Positions 38,892-62,044 of a stretch of DNA of 64,000 nucleotides are shown in pieces; within the stretch, counting starts at the first letter, position 1, and every line of letters begins with the position of its first letter. This stretch comes from the human T2T-CHM13v2.0 reference genome, Homo sapiens: assembly GCF_009914755.1 (NCBI RefSeq), contig NC_060938.1. One strand, written 5' to 3'. A program made the translations under genes and the position numbers. Under the pieces are notes generated by a model. It made no database searches and had not been told where the DNA came from. It saw only the letters and a list, made by a program, of their open reading frames with translations.

Positions 38892-39669
38892 TGAGAGTTT
38901 TGATAGAAGGTATGCAAAGTGCTTAGCACGGTGCCAGGTACCTAGCAAGTATTTTTACTTTGGAATATATTATAAGATGAGATCTAGGCTAACTATCCAC
39001 TGATGATTACTTTGATTTTAGAGGGTCTTGTTTTTTGAAATGATATTGTTAAGGTGAGTCTGGTCAGTAGGCAAACTGAAATGCATGTATGGACAATGAC
39101 CCCCAGCTCAGCCTGAGTCCCCCAGCAGCACTCTCCCACCAACCCTGTGAGGTAGGTTTTATTATGTTTAGTTTACAGATGAGCAAACTGAGGCCCAGAA
39201 AGATCTTGGTGATTTTGTGGAGCAAGTGATTCAGGAATGACCAGAGTATTGCATTGCATCCCCTTAGTTAATGATGGGCAGGTGACCCAGTAAGAACCAA
39301 GGAGATGTGGTGAGACTGCCCAGGGTAGCTGCGAAGATGTTGAGCTCTTTTACTAATGGTCTTGGACCAGGGAGAATGTGAGGCTGGTGATGCTGAAGCT
39401 GTCTTACCTGCACAAAGGTAAGCCTCTCTGAGAATGTGGCAGAGGCAGAAATATTTGGCCTTGAATGAGTGAATCTAATAGCCATCCAAACCCTTTCTCC
39501 TATAACTGCTCTTTTTTATTTTTTAATTTATTTTTGTTTTATTTTATTTTTAAAAAATGTTTGTGGGTATATGGTAGGTGTATATATTTATGGGGTAGAT
39601 AAGATGTTTTGATACAGGCATGCAATGTGAAGTGAGCACATCATGGAGCTCTAACTACACCTGAGGAGA

Positions 39670-40670
39670 TTGCTAGTTGTTTCAAAATACCCCTCTTCTT
39701 CATCATGTGACTAACAGAACTCCTCAAGTTTTAGCTGGGCACATGGCTACCCAAGTACTACATTTCCCAGCCACCCTTACAGCTGGTTGTGATCAAGTGG
39801 TTATGTTCTGACCAATAGCATATGGGCAGAAGAGAAGTGATGAATGCAACTTATGCATTGCATCCTTAAAAGAAAGCTTCTTGCCCTTCTCTTATACCTT
39901 CTCCCTTCTTGGCTAGGATATGACAACGGAGTGACTGGTCAGACTGCAAGGAAGAGGCAGAACCCTTTCACAATCTTGGGTACGGTTTGTTCTTTGACTG
40001 TTATATGAGGCAAAACCAAACCAAACAAAAAACACTGCTTCTACTGCAGGGACCAAAAAAGCTTAAAAACGTACTTTCCCAGCCTCCTCTGTGGCTAAAG
40101 TGGCCTCATGGCATTGATGTATTCAATCAACTGGAAGCAGAGGTCAGCTGGGAACTTTGGGGATTGATTTACTTTTCTGGATAAAAAAAAAAAAATCGGA
40201 AGTTAGCTAGCCTCTTCTTTCTGCCTTGAATGTCTAGAGCTGGACCTGTCCTCCTGTGACCCTGAAGACAGTAGAGCTGAAATGAAGAAGGAGGCTGGGT
40301 TCTTGATGACATTACTGAGCTGCTGCATAGTAACGTCATCTATGCCTATTCTGGGCTGCTTGTTGAATGAGAAAAATAAACCTCTCTCTGGACTTCTTAT
40401 GTGAGAAAAACAAACCACACTTTGTTGAAGCCTCTGTTAGCTGAGTTTCATGTTATTGCAGCCCAAATGCCCAAATATCAGTGAAACTTAGTGGTGTGTC
40501 AGACAGCCCAGATGTTGATGATGTCATCTGGCCTTCTGAATACAACTGTGCCTGAGACTAAACCCAAGCCCCTGGACTTTTCAGCTATTAGAGAAAGAGT
40601 AAGTTCTCTTTCTGCTTAAGCAGTTTAGGCTGGATTTTCTGTGGCCTGGATGGAAAGACCCCTGATACAA
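39670..40670. mobile_element. MLT1 (MaLR) LTR fragments
   Basis: CTACATTTCCCAGCC, TGTTATTGCAGCCCAA and TTCTGCTTAAGCAGTTTAGGCTGGATTTTCTGT motifs. Confidence 0.65.
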
Positions 40671-40736
40671 CTATGAACCAATAGCAACTAGATACATTCT
40701 GTTTTCACCTCCTCTTAGTCTCTCCCCTGATTTTAC

Positions 40737-40772
<36 letters not shown>

Positions 40773-40864
40773 ATTAGAGCAAGGAAAGAAAGAAGAAAGG
40801 AATAAAGAAGGAAGGATAAGATAAGAAACAATAGAAGACTTGAACTAAATTAAAAGAGGTTAGA

Positions 40865-41336
<472 letters not shown>

Positions 41337-41682
41337 TCAGCTTCCCATTCCCAAAACTCCAGAGCCACATTGCTGGGTCCCTTCACTCTGCTTTACTCTC
41401 CTCCCAAGACAGACGTAGCATGGGCCACGTGAATTCATCCATGTCCTGAACTAATCTGGTTGTTCTACCAGGTTACTCTTAAGTTCATGGGCCATCACCC
41501 CCTTGTACTTACTGAGCTCCAGGGTTTTCATCTCTTCTGAGAATCGACCGTTTAGTCCAATCTTAGTACAGACCAGCATTAATAGGCAATTACCACAGGG
41601 AGATAATACAGAGGGAAAAATGGCTAAAAATATACAGTGAATCACAGAAAATTACATCTCTTAAAACCTACAGTGTATTCCT

Positions 41683-41696
41683 ATTGCCATAGCAAC
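41683..41696. promoter_or_regulatory. RFX X-box-like motif
   Basis: ATTGCCATAGCAAC, one mismatch to GTTGCCAT(G/A)GCAAC, in unique CpG-retaining sequence. Confidence 0.4.
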
Positions 41697-42448
41697 CCTT
41701 GGCTAGTAAAGACAGAGATGATTTATCACAGGCTTTCCCCGGAGCTCGGTTCTGCCGGAAGCACCTCCAGCCTGTGGTGAGTTCCAGCGAGGAGGGCAAT
41801 GCAGACATCATACAACCGGGTTTTCTCTCCTCCATCCCTTCCAGTGGCATTTCTGCGGCAAGAAGACTTGAGTTCCTTCTATATAACCCAGGTCATCTCC
41901 CGGCCCCTTTTCTGAGATGAAAGTGGCTGTCTCTAACCTCTGACAACGCGGCGTCCTGCCGACACGATGTGAATGCCAGCGGCAGCAGTGCGCTGACTTC
42001 CAGGAGGGGGCAGTGGGGCTGGGGGACATGAGGAGGCTGTAGGTGCCAGACCGTCTGAACAAATGAGGAGAGGAGAGGAGTTCTTTCTCCTCCTGTTCCT
42101 TTTCCTCCCTACTTCTCTCTCACCTTCCCACTTCCCTGACTCTCCTCTCTACCCTGCTACTTCCTCAGTAGGTCTACTGTGAAATGGACTGGACATACAT
42201 CAGGACCGGGAGAAGAGAGAGGAAGTCATGTCCTCACTTAGGAAATGAGTCTGGTCTTTAGGAAGATTATAAAATGTATGTAAATAAACATCTTGTTATT
42301 TCGTTGGAACTCTAAAATTCACTGGCATAGATGCTGTGCTTTCTCATAATGTTAAAAATTAGATTCTTGAATGCTGTTTAAACATTCATAATTTGGAGAA
42401 ATAGCCTGGACCAGAGTTCTGGAGAATCCACCTTCAAAAATAACCCTA

Positions 42449-44640
<2,192 letters not shown>

Positions 44641-44774
44641 GTTCCCCATCTGCAGACTCAGAAATCCTTTTCAGTGAATTTTCTTCCCAGTCTTTTCTTT
44701 CCCTCCCTCTGATGGTATGCCTTAGTATTTCCGTCCTCACAGCTCCCTTTACAAAGCAGAATTCTGTCGAATGG

Positions 44775-45181
44775 GGGAGTGTGAGGAAGGGGTGTGTGTG
44801 AGTGTGTGTGGGGGGTGAGTGTGTGTGAATGTGTGAGGGTGTGTGGGGGGTGTGTGGATGTGAGAGTGTGTGTGTTATGTAAGAGTGAATTGTGAGTGTG
44901 ATATGTGAGTGTAGGTTGTGTGTGTGTAAATGTGTGAGTGTGTGTGCTGAGTGTGTGGGGGTGTGATGGTATGTGAATGTGTGTGGGGTGTGTGTGTGAA
45001 TTTGTGTGTGATGTGAGTTGTGAGAGTGTGTGTGAATTTGTGTGATGTCCGTGAGTTGTGTGTGATGTGTGAGTTGTATGTGATGTGTGTGTGTTGTTTG
45101 TGTGAATTGTGTGTGATTGTGTGTGAATTGTGTGAGTGTGTGATATGTGTGTGTGAAAGTCGTGAGTGTGTGTGTATGTAT
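44775..45181 (+). repeat. Degenerate (TG)n / TGTGAG low-complexity tract of about 400 bp
   Basis: Directly visible. Confidence 0.95.
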
Positions 45182-46354
45182 AGTGCAACTACTCCCTCAG
45201 GATGTCACAGAGGCAAACCATAAAGCCGGGATAAAGTCAGTTGTTACGATGCCGAATAAGGCCAGTGAATGAAGTCAGAAGCCCCTTGGTGGTTCTTTTC
45301 AGGTTTCTGTGGACAGGAGGGCGTGGTCTCGGCGGGATGCACTGACCCAGCTCAGAGAGCTGAGAGCATGTGAGAAACAAGACCGAGTTCCTAGTCTGCA
45401 TGCTCGCCCGCTCTCACTGTCTCCCCCTCCCCTGCTCTCTTTCTCACACACTCCTCTCTCTTTCCTCTTCTGTCCGAGAGTGCCTTTGAATACTCTGGAA
45501 CCAGGTGAAGGGGCCATTTTCTCTCTGGGACAGACATCTCTCCACAGCAGGGGGACGTTCTTCCCTGGGGCCAGAGAGCAAGGTTCAGTATGCAGAGCCC
45601 GCTAACTTTGGGTTCAGACCTTGGCAGGGTGGGGTGAGGGCAGCCTTGTGAGGTCTAATGCCTCCTCCCCCTACATTTGGTCTGGCTTGTTTAGAACCTC
45701 GTATCCAGGTCCAAGAACCTGGATACAAGTCCCAAAGCACTTACCCTAATGCCTGCACAATGGTCATGGCATGAAAAGACTCCAAAGGCAGGTTTGCCAG
45801 ATGCTGCATTAAAATTCATTCCCCTAGTTTCTCTAACAGCCATTCGCTTTAATTCACTCATCTCACTATCATGAGCTGCAGCGAAGCAGAAAGTGGTTCT
45901 GCTATTTTTAAATGATCCCAATGGAATGAAATAATGTCTTGATTCCTTCCCAGTGGTCTAGGGACAATCAAAGTGAAGACTAGGGGATGGGCAAGGTAGA
46001 ACTCACCCTCTCTTGGAAGTGGGCATCTATCTGTCTGACTCTTAGCTTTTTAGAGCACTGGCTTTTGCTTGGAGGGAAACATAGAGAAGAAAAAAGATAG
46101 AGTCATTTTCAGTTCTGAAAAGATATTTGTCTCAATCCACCAACATCAACCAGATATGAGTTATATAAATCAAATAGGCACAGAGCTTCAGGCTAGCCTG
46201 TGACAAAGAAAATTTAAATATTTAAGAGCCAGTCATGAAGGTACCAGGAAAGGGAGATAAAAAATAAATAATTAAAATTAAAGAAAGAGCTGGTCAACCC
46301 TTATCTGATCAGCTTGGAGTTCATTTTCACTCCAAGACACTAAGTCTAAGCCCT

Positions 46355-47258
<904 letters not shown>

Positions 47259-47989
47259 GTAGCTCTAAGATGGAAGTGTGTATGATGAAGAAACTCCCTG
47301 CATCATCACAGTAACTGAAACGGGGATAGCCAAGAAGGGCTCCTTCATCTGGGCTGATTCACTCAGACTTCTAGGGCCTAATGCTGTTGGAGGGATTTTA
47401 GTGTTTTTTTTCAAGGTTTCCATGTGGCAAGATAGCATTAACTCTTAGATGGAAAATGCACCGTTTTCATAGGGCAACATATACCTTCTTTTCTTTTGCC
47501 ATCTGAGGAAGCACATTAACAGTTTCAGAGCCAATATTTATAATTTTAGCAGAAATGTTCTCACAAAGATCTCAAAACTCCTATAACAGACTTGTGAAAG
47601 AATTACTATATTTAAGGAGTGGGAAGTCTATAAGAAGCTCCATGGCAGAGGGAGGAGTTGAGCTGAGATGTCCAAGACCCAGAGCCTTTCTCCAGTATTG
47701 TGGGTGGTGGCTGTGAGTTGGGATGGGTGTCACTGTTGTCTTGTAGGGGTGAGTTTTGCCAGGGATTCTATTTTCCACATACCATCTCGGCAATGGTTTA
47801 TTTTGGTGTATGCTCAGAACTTGGGCAAAATTATTGACTATAAATGGGCTTAAATCTCTCTTCTAGTCGATTGAGTGCATACTTAGGACATAGTATTTTA
47901 TGACACCATTATATTCTATGTATCTTGATTATAGGAGAACGCTATAATCCTATTGTATTCATCATATTCACTGTAGTGAGTTAAAGAAG

Positions 47990-49263
47990 GTTTAAAATTC
48001 TTTGCCTCTCTTACTATCAAGAAGTGTGGTCTATTTTCTATTTCTTTGAAACAGACCAACTCTGACACTGGTTTTGACAAATAGAATACACTGGAGGCCA
48101 AACACAGTGGCTCACATCTGTAATCCCAGCACTTTGGGAGGCCAAGGCAGGTGGATCACTTGAGCCTAGGAGTTTGAGACCAGCCTGGCCAAAGTGGCAA
48201 AACCTTGTCTCTACAAAGAAATTTAAAAAATTAACTGGGTATGGTGGCACATGCCTATAATCCCAGCTACTTGGGAAGCTGAGGCAGGAGGATTGCTTGA
48301 GCTCAGGAGGTTGAGGCTGCAGTAACACTGTATAACTTCTAAGGTTGGGCCCTAAGATATCCGTAGCTTCCAATTTTGTCCCATTTGGGAGCAGTTGCCA
48401 TATAAGAAATCTGGTTACCTTGAAACTTCTATATCATGAGAAAGCTCAACCTTACCACGTGGAGAGAGGGACCAAGTGGAGAAGTGCTGAGGTGCCAGAC
48501 ACGTAAGTGAAATTTTCTTAGACCTTTCTGTCTAGCCACTAGGTAAATGAAGCCTAGTAAATGACCTCAGCCAGTGGCATGAGGAACAGAATAACCACCC
48601 AACAAAGCTCTGTCCAAATTGCTGACTCAGAGAAACATAAGCAAATATGATGATTGGTTTAAGCCAGTACGTTTTGGGGCAATTTGTTAACTAGTATAAC
48701 AGAAACATATCGAATCAAAGTTGATGGAATTAGTGACCCACACACCCACCCCCATTACACAGCAACAACAGGATCCAGATGGATAAAGCTTCTTTATAGT
48801 CATTCAAATAGCAAAAACCTTACTGAGCTGAGAGCAGAGCCCAGAAAAATCCCCAAATTCCAGGTGTGGTCTACATGATATTAGATGGAGATATTTTTCT
48901 GAAAGCAACTATTTTCCCTCATACCGCTTTTCTGTAGTATGTTGCATTTTTCTTTTTTATTTATTTAATTTTTTGTTTTGTTTTGAGATAGGGTCCCACT
49001 CTGTGCCACAGGCTGGAATGCAGTGGCGTAATCTGGGCTCACTGCAGCCTCAACCTCCTGGGCTCGAGCCATCCTCTGTGTCAGCCTCCCTAGTAGCTGG
49101 AACCACAGATGTGTGCCACCATGCCTGGTGAATTTTTGTATTTTTTGTAGAGACAAGGTTTTGCCATGTTGCCCAGGATGGTCTCAAACTCCTGGGCTCG
49201 AGTGATCTACCCACCTCTGCCTCCCAAAGTGCTAGGATTACAGGCGTAAGCCACCGCACCTGG
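47990..49263. mobile_element. MLT1 LTR with truncated AluJ (+, 48096-48325) and AluJ (-, 48970-49263)
   Basis: MLT1 tail TTTAAGCCAGTACGTTTTGGGGCAATTTGTTA; Alu consensus. Confidence 0.75.
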
Positions 49264-49499
49264 TAGCTGCGTCTTTCCCACACTGGCCATTATACCTCCC
49301 TACTGTAACCCCATTCATTTATTTTATTTTTAAAACAGTCCACAGAATATCATAATAGTAACATGTGTAAACAATGTAGCTACCCGATAGCAGAAAAAAG
49401 GATAAATAATTTATAGTACATCCACTAAAAAAATCACCAACTTGAATCTCTTAAATTTAATGCTACAGAAGGGTATCTATGGGCATTGAGAGATATTCT

Positions 49500-50569
49500 T
49501 CTCAGGGAACCTGCCCCGATAGTCACTTAGGTTCTTTTCTATTTTCCCTAAGCGTCGGCCGGCTTGAGAAATAAAGGGACAGAGTACAAAAGAGAGAAAT
49601 TTTAAAGCAGGGCATCCGGGGGAGACATCACATGTCGGTAGTTTCCGTGATGCCCCACAAGCCACAAAAACCAGCAAGTTTTTATTAGGGATTTTCAAAA
49701 GGAGAGGGAGTGTGCGAATAGGTGTGGGTCACAGACATCAAGTACTTCACAAGGTAATAGAATATCACAAGGCAAATGGAGGCAGGGCAAGATCACAGGA
49801 CCACAGGACGGGGCAAAATTAAAATTGCTAATGAAGCTTCGGGCACCACTGTCATTGATAACATCTTATCAGGGGACAGGGTTTTGAGAGCAACCGGTCT
49901 GACTAAAATTTATTAGGTGGGAATTTCTTCTTCCTAATAAGCCTGGGAGCGCTGTGGGAGACTGGGGTCTATTTCACCCCTACAGCCTTGACCATAGAAG
50001 ACGGGCACACCTAGGGGGGCTGTCTATAGGCCTATACCCCCAGGTGCGTATTCTCTTTCCCAGGGATGTTCCTTGCTGAGAAAAAGAATTCAGTGATATT
50101 TCTCCCATTTGCTTTTGAAAGAAGAGAAATATGGCTCTGTTCCGCCCGGCTCACCAGCGGTCAGAGTTTAAGTTTATCTCTCTTATTCCCTGAACAGTTG
50201 CTGTTATCCTGCTCTTTTTTCAAGGTGCCCAGATTTCATATTGTTTAAACACACATGCTCTACAATTTGTGCAGTTAATGCGATTATCACATGGTCCTGA
50301 GGCAATATACATCTTCCTCAGCTGACAGGATTCAGAGATTAAAGTAAAGACAGGCATAGGAAATCACAAGGGTATTGATTGGGGAAGTGATAAGTGTCCA
50401 TGAAATCTTCACAATTTATGTTTAGAGACTGCAGTAAAAACAGGCATAAGAAATTATAAAAGTATTAACTTGGGGAACTAATAAATGTCCATGAAATCTT
50501 CACAATCCATGTTCTTCTGCCATGGCGTCAGCCGGTCCCTCTGTTTGGGGTCCCTGACTTCCCACAACA
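49500..50569 (-). mobile_element. MER11 solo LTR, different subvariant
   Basis: Colinear with the 17184-18271 copy but with a divergent central segment; imperfect TSD TATTCT/TATTTC. Confidence 0.9.
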
Positions 50570-51339
50570 TATTTCCAATATATGTTATGGAACAGTGTTA
50601 TCCCACTTTTAAAAGTCTTATATACAGTATTCGTATATGCCTAGAAGAGGATATGATTTGTAATAAGGTAGAGAAGGATATGGGGACTCTGCATGCTCTT
50701 ATTTGAGTTTCCTGAAATAAGCATGTCATAACATGCTTTTGTAATATGAAATGGTGAGAAAAGTGCTATTTAGGAGGTAGAAGTAGTGATGGAATGGAGG
50801 AAGTCTTCTCCAGGGAAGGGGAATGAGGCTGAAGCGCTGTGACTCAGAGAGAAACACCTGTGGTGTCCGGAGTTCCCCATTTGCTATTTGCCCTCCTGTG
50901 CACGGAATCTGTGACAGGCAGCCTGCCAACGACATGACCTCTGTTAATGACAGCTGAAGTCTGGGCTCGTGTAGATTCTTAAGCAGAATAGGAATCAGAG
51001 TCAGAACTGTGGTTATTAGATGAGTGGCCTTGTCAGAACTTTATCACCAAGTAGTATTTATTAAGCACTCTCTTGCTTTAATGAGTCAGGAAATAGGGTT
51101 CTCGTTCCCTTTATCATTCACAGTTGTGTTTCTCAGCAAGTGCAGGGCTCCCTTCCTAAAATGGCCCAGGACCCTTTCTCCTGAAGCCATATTACTAGGC
51201 AGAATGTTCCAGGGATGCAAAGTGTTGAGTCAACTACAGAGTATTAACTGAATGTCTCATTGCTCTCTGGGACTTTTTATTCTGGTTCTCACTTCTTCTC
51301 CCTACCTCCTACCAGAAAATACAATAGTCAAATCTGTGT

Positions 51340-52305
<966 letters not shown>

Positions 52306-52989
52306 AAAGGTAGGAGAAGGTGGGACTTGAGTGAAGCCTGTAAGGTTGGGTTTTACTTTTGCTTTATAATGACTTTACAGCTTTTGGAGAAAATTCACCC
52401 ATAGTCACATTTGAGCCTCACCACAACCTTACAAAGTCAGCAGAGTCTCTATTATCATCTCCATCTTGCAGAAGAGGAAACTGAAGCTCAGAGAAGTTAG
52501 ATGATGTGTGCAGAGCTGGGGATCAATGGAGCTGGGGCACAAATCCAAGCTCTTTCCACTACACAGAGAAGCTGCTGGAGCTAAATCAGATTTGAGTCAG
52601 CACAGAGAAGGCAGAGTGGGATTTTGGGAACATATGCCTCAGTGACAGAGACTATTTCTGCTCTTTTCGCAAGATCACCTAATACAGCGCACTAAATGCA
52701 CAATAACACAACAATAACTAATATCTACTGTTTGTCTGTGCCCAGCATTGGGTTAAGTAAACACTTTAATGGATTACCCATCTCCTTTCGCTTTTCCCAA
52801 TATTCATACAAGGAAGGCATTATTATTGTCGCTACCATTTAACGAAGTAAGATGAAATAACTAAAATGCAGAAAAATGAAGCCACTTGCCCTAAGTGACA
52901 CAATGAGTAAGTGGCTCAGGGGGGATTGGAATCCAGATCTGACCCCAGAGAATTCCCCTCGGCTGTCTTTATCACCAGGCTGTAGCCAT

Positions 52990-54720
<1,731 letters not shown>

Positions 54721-55970
54721 AACTGCACCTTAGCAATAAATATATTGACACTGTCAACAACTCTTGGTTGGCCTTTTGGTCTTTCAGTTGGGGCTGGGAA
54801 GATGTGGTTCTAGATTTTTCTTTTTTAATGATACTTCTCCCCTCCTGATTAAGGGTCATGTGTCTCTAAAACTCCACAACGGACACAGTCCCTTCAGGTG
54901 CTCCGCCTTCTCAAGCTGGCTCTCCCTAACTGGCCTAGACAGCAGCAAAGTCCCCAGATATTTCCACGTGACTCATGCAACCCCCTTGCTTCCAATGTTT
55001 TGCCTCCTGCTGGTGCTCAGAAGCTCAGAGTGGTATTAAAGGGGCAACAGGAAAGTAAAGTCCCAGCAAGAGTGAGAGCCCAAATCCTCAGGAGTTGTCC
55101 CTCTGTGGTTCCCTGCCCCCACCCCACTTGCTCCATCTACCCACTGTAGGGAAGCAACTCCAGCTCCTAATGTATTTATTTTATGAAGTGCTGCCCTTGG
55201 TGTTAAAATCACCTCAGGGCACAGAGCACACAATTTTAAAACAATTAAAAGATACAAGGCAGAGGCTTGGCAATGACGGGCACTTTTTAAAAATCAGCAA
55301 TAAAATGCCAGTTTGAGGCTCACCCCAGGGCTCTGAAGATTCTCCAAGAGGGCTCTGTCGATGGGAGGGGCAGGGAGTGAGTTTCCTACAGCCTCTGCCT
55401 GAGCTGTTTGCTCACGAAGCTGCCTCTCTACTCACTTTCCTTCACACTCTCCTGTCTGAGTTTTTATGACTCAGCTTGAGGCCAGAATCAACTCATTTAT
55501 TTTCTTCCTGTACCTGGCTCTTGGGGCTGGTGGGGGTCCGTGGTGTCTGGCAAGGGCAGAGTGGCAGGCCTGCTTTAAGAGCCTGGCGTGGGGGACCAGC
55601 ATGGCAGCTAGTGCGTCACTGCCTGGGCCTTGCCAGTAGTTAAAAACCAAATAATAATATTGATAATCACAATAATAATAATAATATGGTGAGAGCTAAT
55701 CTTGACTGAGGCTTCTGTTCTGTGAGGTGGGTATCTTGGCTCATCATTAAGGGTTCTTCAGCTTTTAAAGATGTGTGGTTAGAATCAGAGGGGAAGATAC
55801 AAGTCCAAAGCAACCATGTTAACCAGATTGGAAGAGAATTTGGGAAAAGAAAAGTACCATGTTGAAGTCATTTTAGCTTGAAGGAAGGTCAAGGCACAGC
55901 TGGGGCTCCAGCCACTGGTAACAGAGATACTGCTCATGGCAGATAGGTTTACCTAAAGCACGAGCAATGA

Positions 55971-56340
<370 letters not shown>

Positions 56341-58937
56341 GTTCCCTGGAGTTTAGTTTTCCCTACTGGTAAACAAAGGGACTGGTCTAGATAATCCCTT
56401 TATAAATGAATTTCTAATTCTCAGAACTCAAACAGTCATTGCCAAATATTTATTGACCATCTTCTTTCTGCCAGGCACCTGGAGGGATCTCTCAGGAGAA
56501 GAAACATTTTCTAATCACTCAGTATCACACAGGTTTCTCTCCAGAGACCTCAGCCCAGCACCTCTGCAAGGGGAGAGAGGAGAGGCGTCCTTCAGCTCAT
56601 TTATGCCTGTATTGATCGCTGCTGCCTCACCCTCGATGTCGGTGGTTACCATCCAGTACCTGTTCGATCTGATTCCCATGCAACCATGTTCTGGAATTCC
56701 CTGAGCACTACTCCACCTGAAGAGCAGCCCCTGTCTCTCTCTGGACAGTAATGAGGTTTCCTTTGCAGTCTCACACTGGCTTACTATCCTTCATCCCGCC
56801 AAGCATCCCCCTGACTACATTCATTTCTCTCTATGCCCGGGTTTATTCAGCTGTGTTCTCCTCTGCTCTGTGGGCGACAGGAGACTGTCACAGCCCAGTT
56901 GGAATTCACTTTATCTTCCCCTCTGCCCTATACGCTGAGCAAACATGTGCAGTTGGCATTTCAGCAGTGGAAATTCTCTGACCCCCTTTGCTGTTGCCTA
57001 AAACAGAAACCTCAGTGGCTTTGCAGGAAATATTCCACAGTCTCCTGCAACCTAAATTTGATAGCTATTTGTTGAATATACATGATATGCCTCTTGCTGT
57101 TGTGCCCTCAAGAGGCTTATGAAGCTGTTGGTGAAATAAAACAGACACATGTGAAACAATTTGAAAACAGCAAAGCACGGTATACCATCAGTATTATCAT
57201 TAGGTGCCAAAATGCGTGATACTAAAATACCATCATTAACACTAGTCATAGAGCTGACACACACTGAGTACCCAGGCACATCTCATTTCAACCTCATGAC
57301 AAGCCCATGAGGTGGGCATTATTGTCCCCATTTTATGCATCAACAAACTGAGTCACAGAGAATTTAATTAGCCTAAGGTCTCTTGGCTGGTAAGACAACC
57401 CAGCTCTGTTCAACTCCAAAGTGTGTGCATTCTCAGTTCTACTCTATGCTCAACCACTGCCCTGCTTAGCTCCATAAAGGTGGAGTCTAGGTGTTTTGCT
57501 TGTGGCTGTGTTCCAGAGCCATTTTCCCAGTGCTTAGCAAAGGAAGGGCTCAATTTATATATATGTGTGTATGTACATATATACATATTTGCATGCTGCA
57601 CCTCTTATATACAGAAAGATCTATAGGAAAAGCCAGACCAGCTAGATCAAGTGGTCTGCTTTCTCGAGTCAGATGTGGGACAAATGTTGAGGGGTTTGGA
57701 GGATTATGAAGTCCAAGTTTGGCCATCCCAGTAGTTGGTGGTGATGGTGTAGGGTTTGCGTTTGATCATGAAGAGTGGAGAAAGAGAAAAGGAAACTAAC
57801 ACATACAGAAACACACATACACATACGCATGAAACAACAACAACAAAGCAAACCCCACATACCCCAACACTGCTCCTCTTTTTGAGGTTCTAAATCCAGT
57901 TCTTCCCCCTGGCCTCTTCCTGCCCTGCACATAGCTCACCTGCCTTGGTGGGACCTGCCTGCTTTTATGCTGCTTAAGTCTGAATCACAAAACTGTGAGC
58001 CCCTGGAGAGCGGGGCAGGCTTAATCCTATTTTTTTTAATCCCCTGAGATGGGTTAGTCCTTTGCAGGCTATATTTGTTAAAATGAATTGAAATCAGGAG
58101 TGTAAGACTTTTTTTTTGAAGGCTTTGTTTCTTTTTCTTGTCTGATGCTTTTTGGGAAGTAGCAATGCTGTAGAAAGGAAGAACAGTAGAGACACTCCTC
58201 GATAGTTACAAGGGGAGATGAAGCCTTGGGTCTGATCTGTCCCACATTAGATTCCCATTTGTAGAAGAAAAAAAGAGAAAGGAATGAAGCTACATCTCCC
58301 TCATCAAGTTAGCCTGGGGGGTCTGCCGCAAAGAGGATTGAAGGGGAAATGTTCAATTTTACCGCTTTGTTCTGCTGGGTTCTTCTCCCCAGGACACTGT
58401 TTAGTGCACTGAGTGAAGTAGAAAATGAAGAGCAGGTGAGCAATCAGCTGTGAAAAGCTTTAATGGGCCCGGCACCCCTTTGGGAATGAGGCTCGGCTCT
58501 TGCTAGTGCTGGGGAACAACATCTCTTTCAGTTCAGTAGGCTTTGTTTTTGTAATGGGAATTTAACTCCCTCAGGTGGTCCCGGGATGGAGGAATATTAC
58601 TGTGCTCAGCAGCAGTGGCGCTGCAGCATCTTCTAAAGGGAACCAAGGCCACTGTCCCCAAAGGGGCCTCCTGGCTCACTGGGAGGCCTTTGGAAATCTC
58701 AGACTTCCTGGGTGGGGAGGAGAGGAGGAGATCATGTGACCCCGTGAACAGCATGATGCTGTGATTACCTGGGGCTTCCTAGCAAGGGCACTGGGACAGG
58801 TCCTGGAGCGAAGGGGACTGAGAGCTGCAATGGATTCAGACCCAAAGGGGTTGGAACCACCACAGTTCTTGTGGGAGTGAGGAAGTGGCCCAGCCTCTTT
58901 TAAGCTCCCTGGGGTGTCCTATAAAGCATAAGGCCTC

Positions 58938-59328
<391 letters not shown>

Positions 59329-59708
59329 TTATGCTATACCAGACCCTGTGCCGAATACTTTATTATGGTATGAGAGCTAACTTTCACTCCCTAACACAAA
59401 AATTTAGTCTCTGTCCAATTAGTTTCTTCCTCTCTCTTGCCCTCTAAGGGTTTTCCTGGCTACTGTGCTTTTTAAAAAGGCGTAGCATCAGGGGAATGGA
59501 TAGCAGAAGGCGGGGGAAGCAGAAGCCTTCTTACTGGGGCAGCTCCGAAGGTCTCCTCTATTATGGAGAACGCTGATAGTGAGCAAAGTGTAGCTAAAAA
59601 TTTAAAAATGAAGTGAGAGAAACTTAGTGAGCTAAGTTGATGTACATAACAAATATGGGATGGGGAGGAGTGAAAAGCAGAACAAAAATTTGTGGATCCG
59701 GCATTGGG

Positions 59709-60262
<554 letters not shown>

Positions 60263-60620
60263 GTGGTGAGGAGAGTTTTCTAGAGTTGAGATTCTGGAGC
60301 AGATGGTAGGTAGAAGTAGGGGAATTGGGCAGAAGAAGAGAGATTTTAAGAAATGTTGCTGTGGATTGTACATTGGATCCCCTTTTTATGTTATTTGAGT
60401 GACACTAGTACTCTTAGAAAACTTTATAAATTATGTTTGGTTTTAGAACTGTCCTCTAATGTAACTCTGTGCAGAGAGTGGGTGATGTGAGATCCTGGCT
60501 TATGTCTGGTTTACGTTATCTCACATAATCCTTACAATTATACACGGTAGGTGGCATTATTCTTGCCTTACAAATGAGGAAATTGAGGTTCAGAGAGGTT
60601 ACATAACTTGCTCAGGGTCA

Positions 60621-62044
<1,424 letters not shown>

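Noticed and set aside
44658-45188. 176-aa His/Thr-rich ORF
   Set aside because: Product of the (CA)n strand of the degenerate TG tract.
56630-56998. Minus-strand acceptor and donor pair suggesting further exons
   Set aside because: No recognisable peptide or open phase; could be non-coding or chance.
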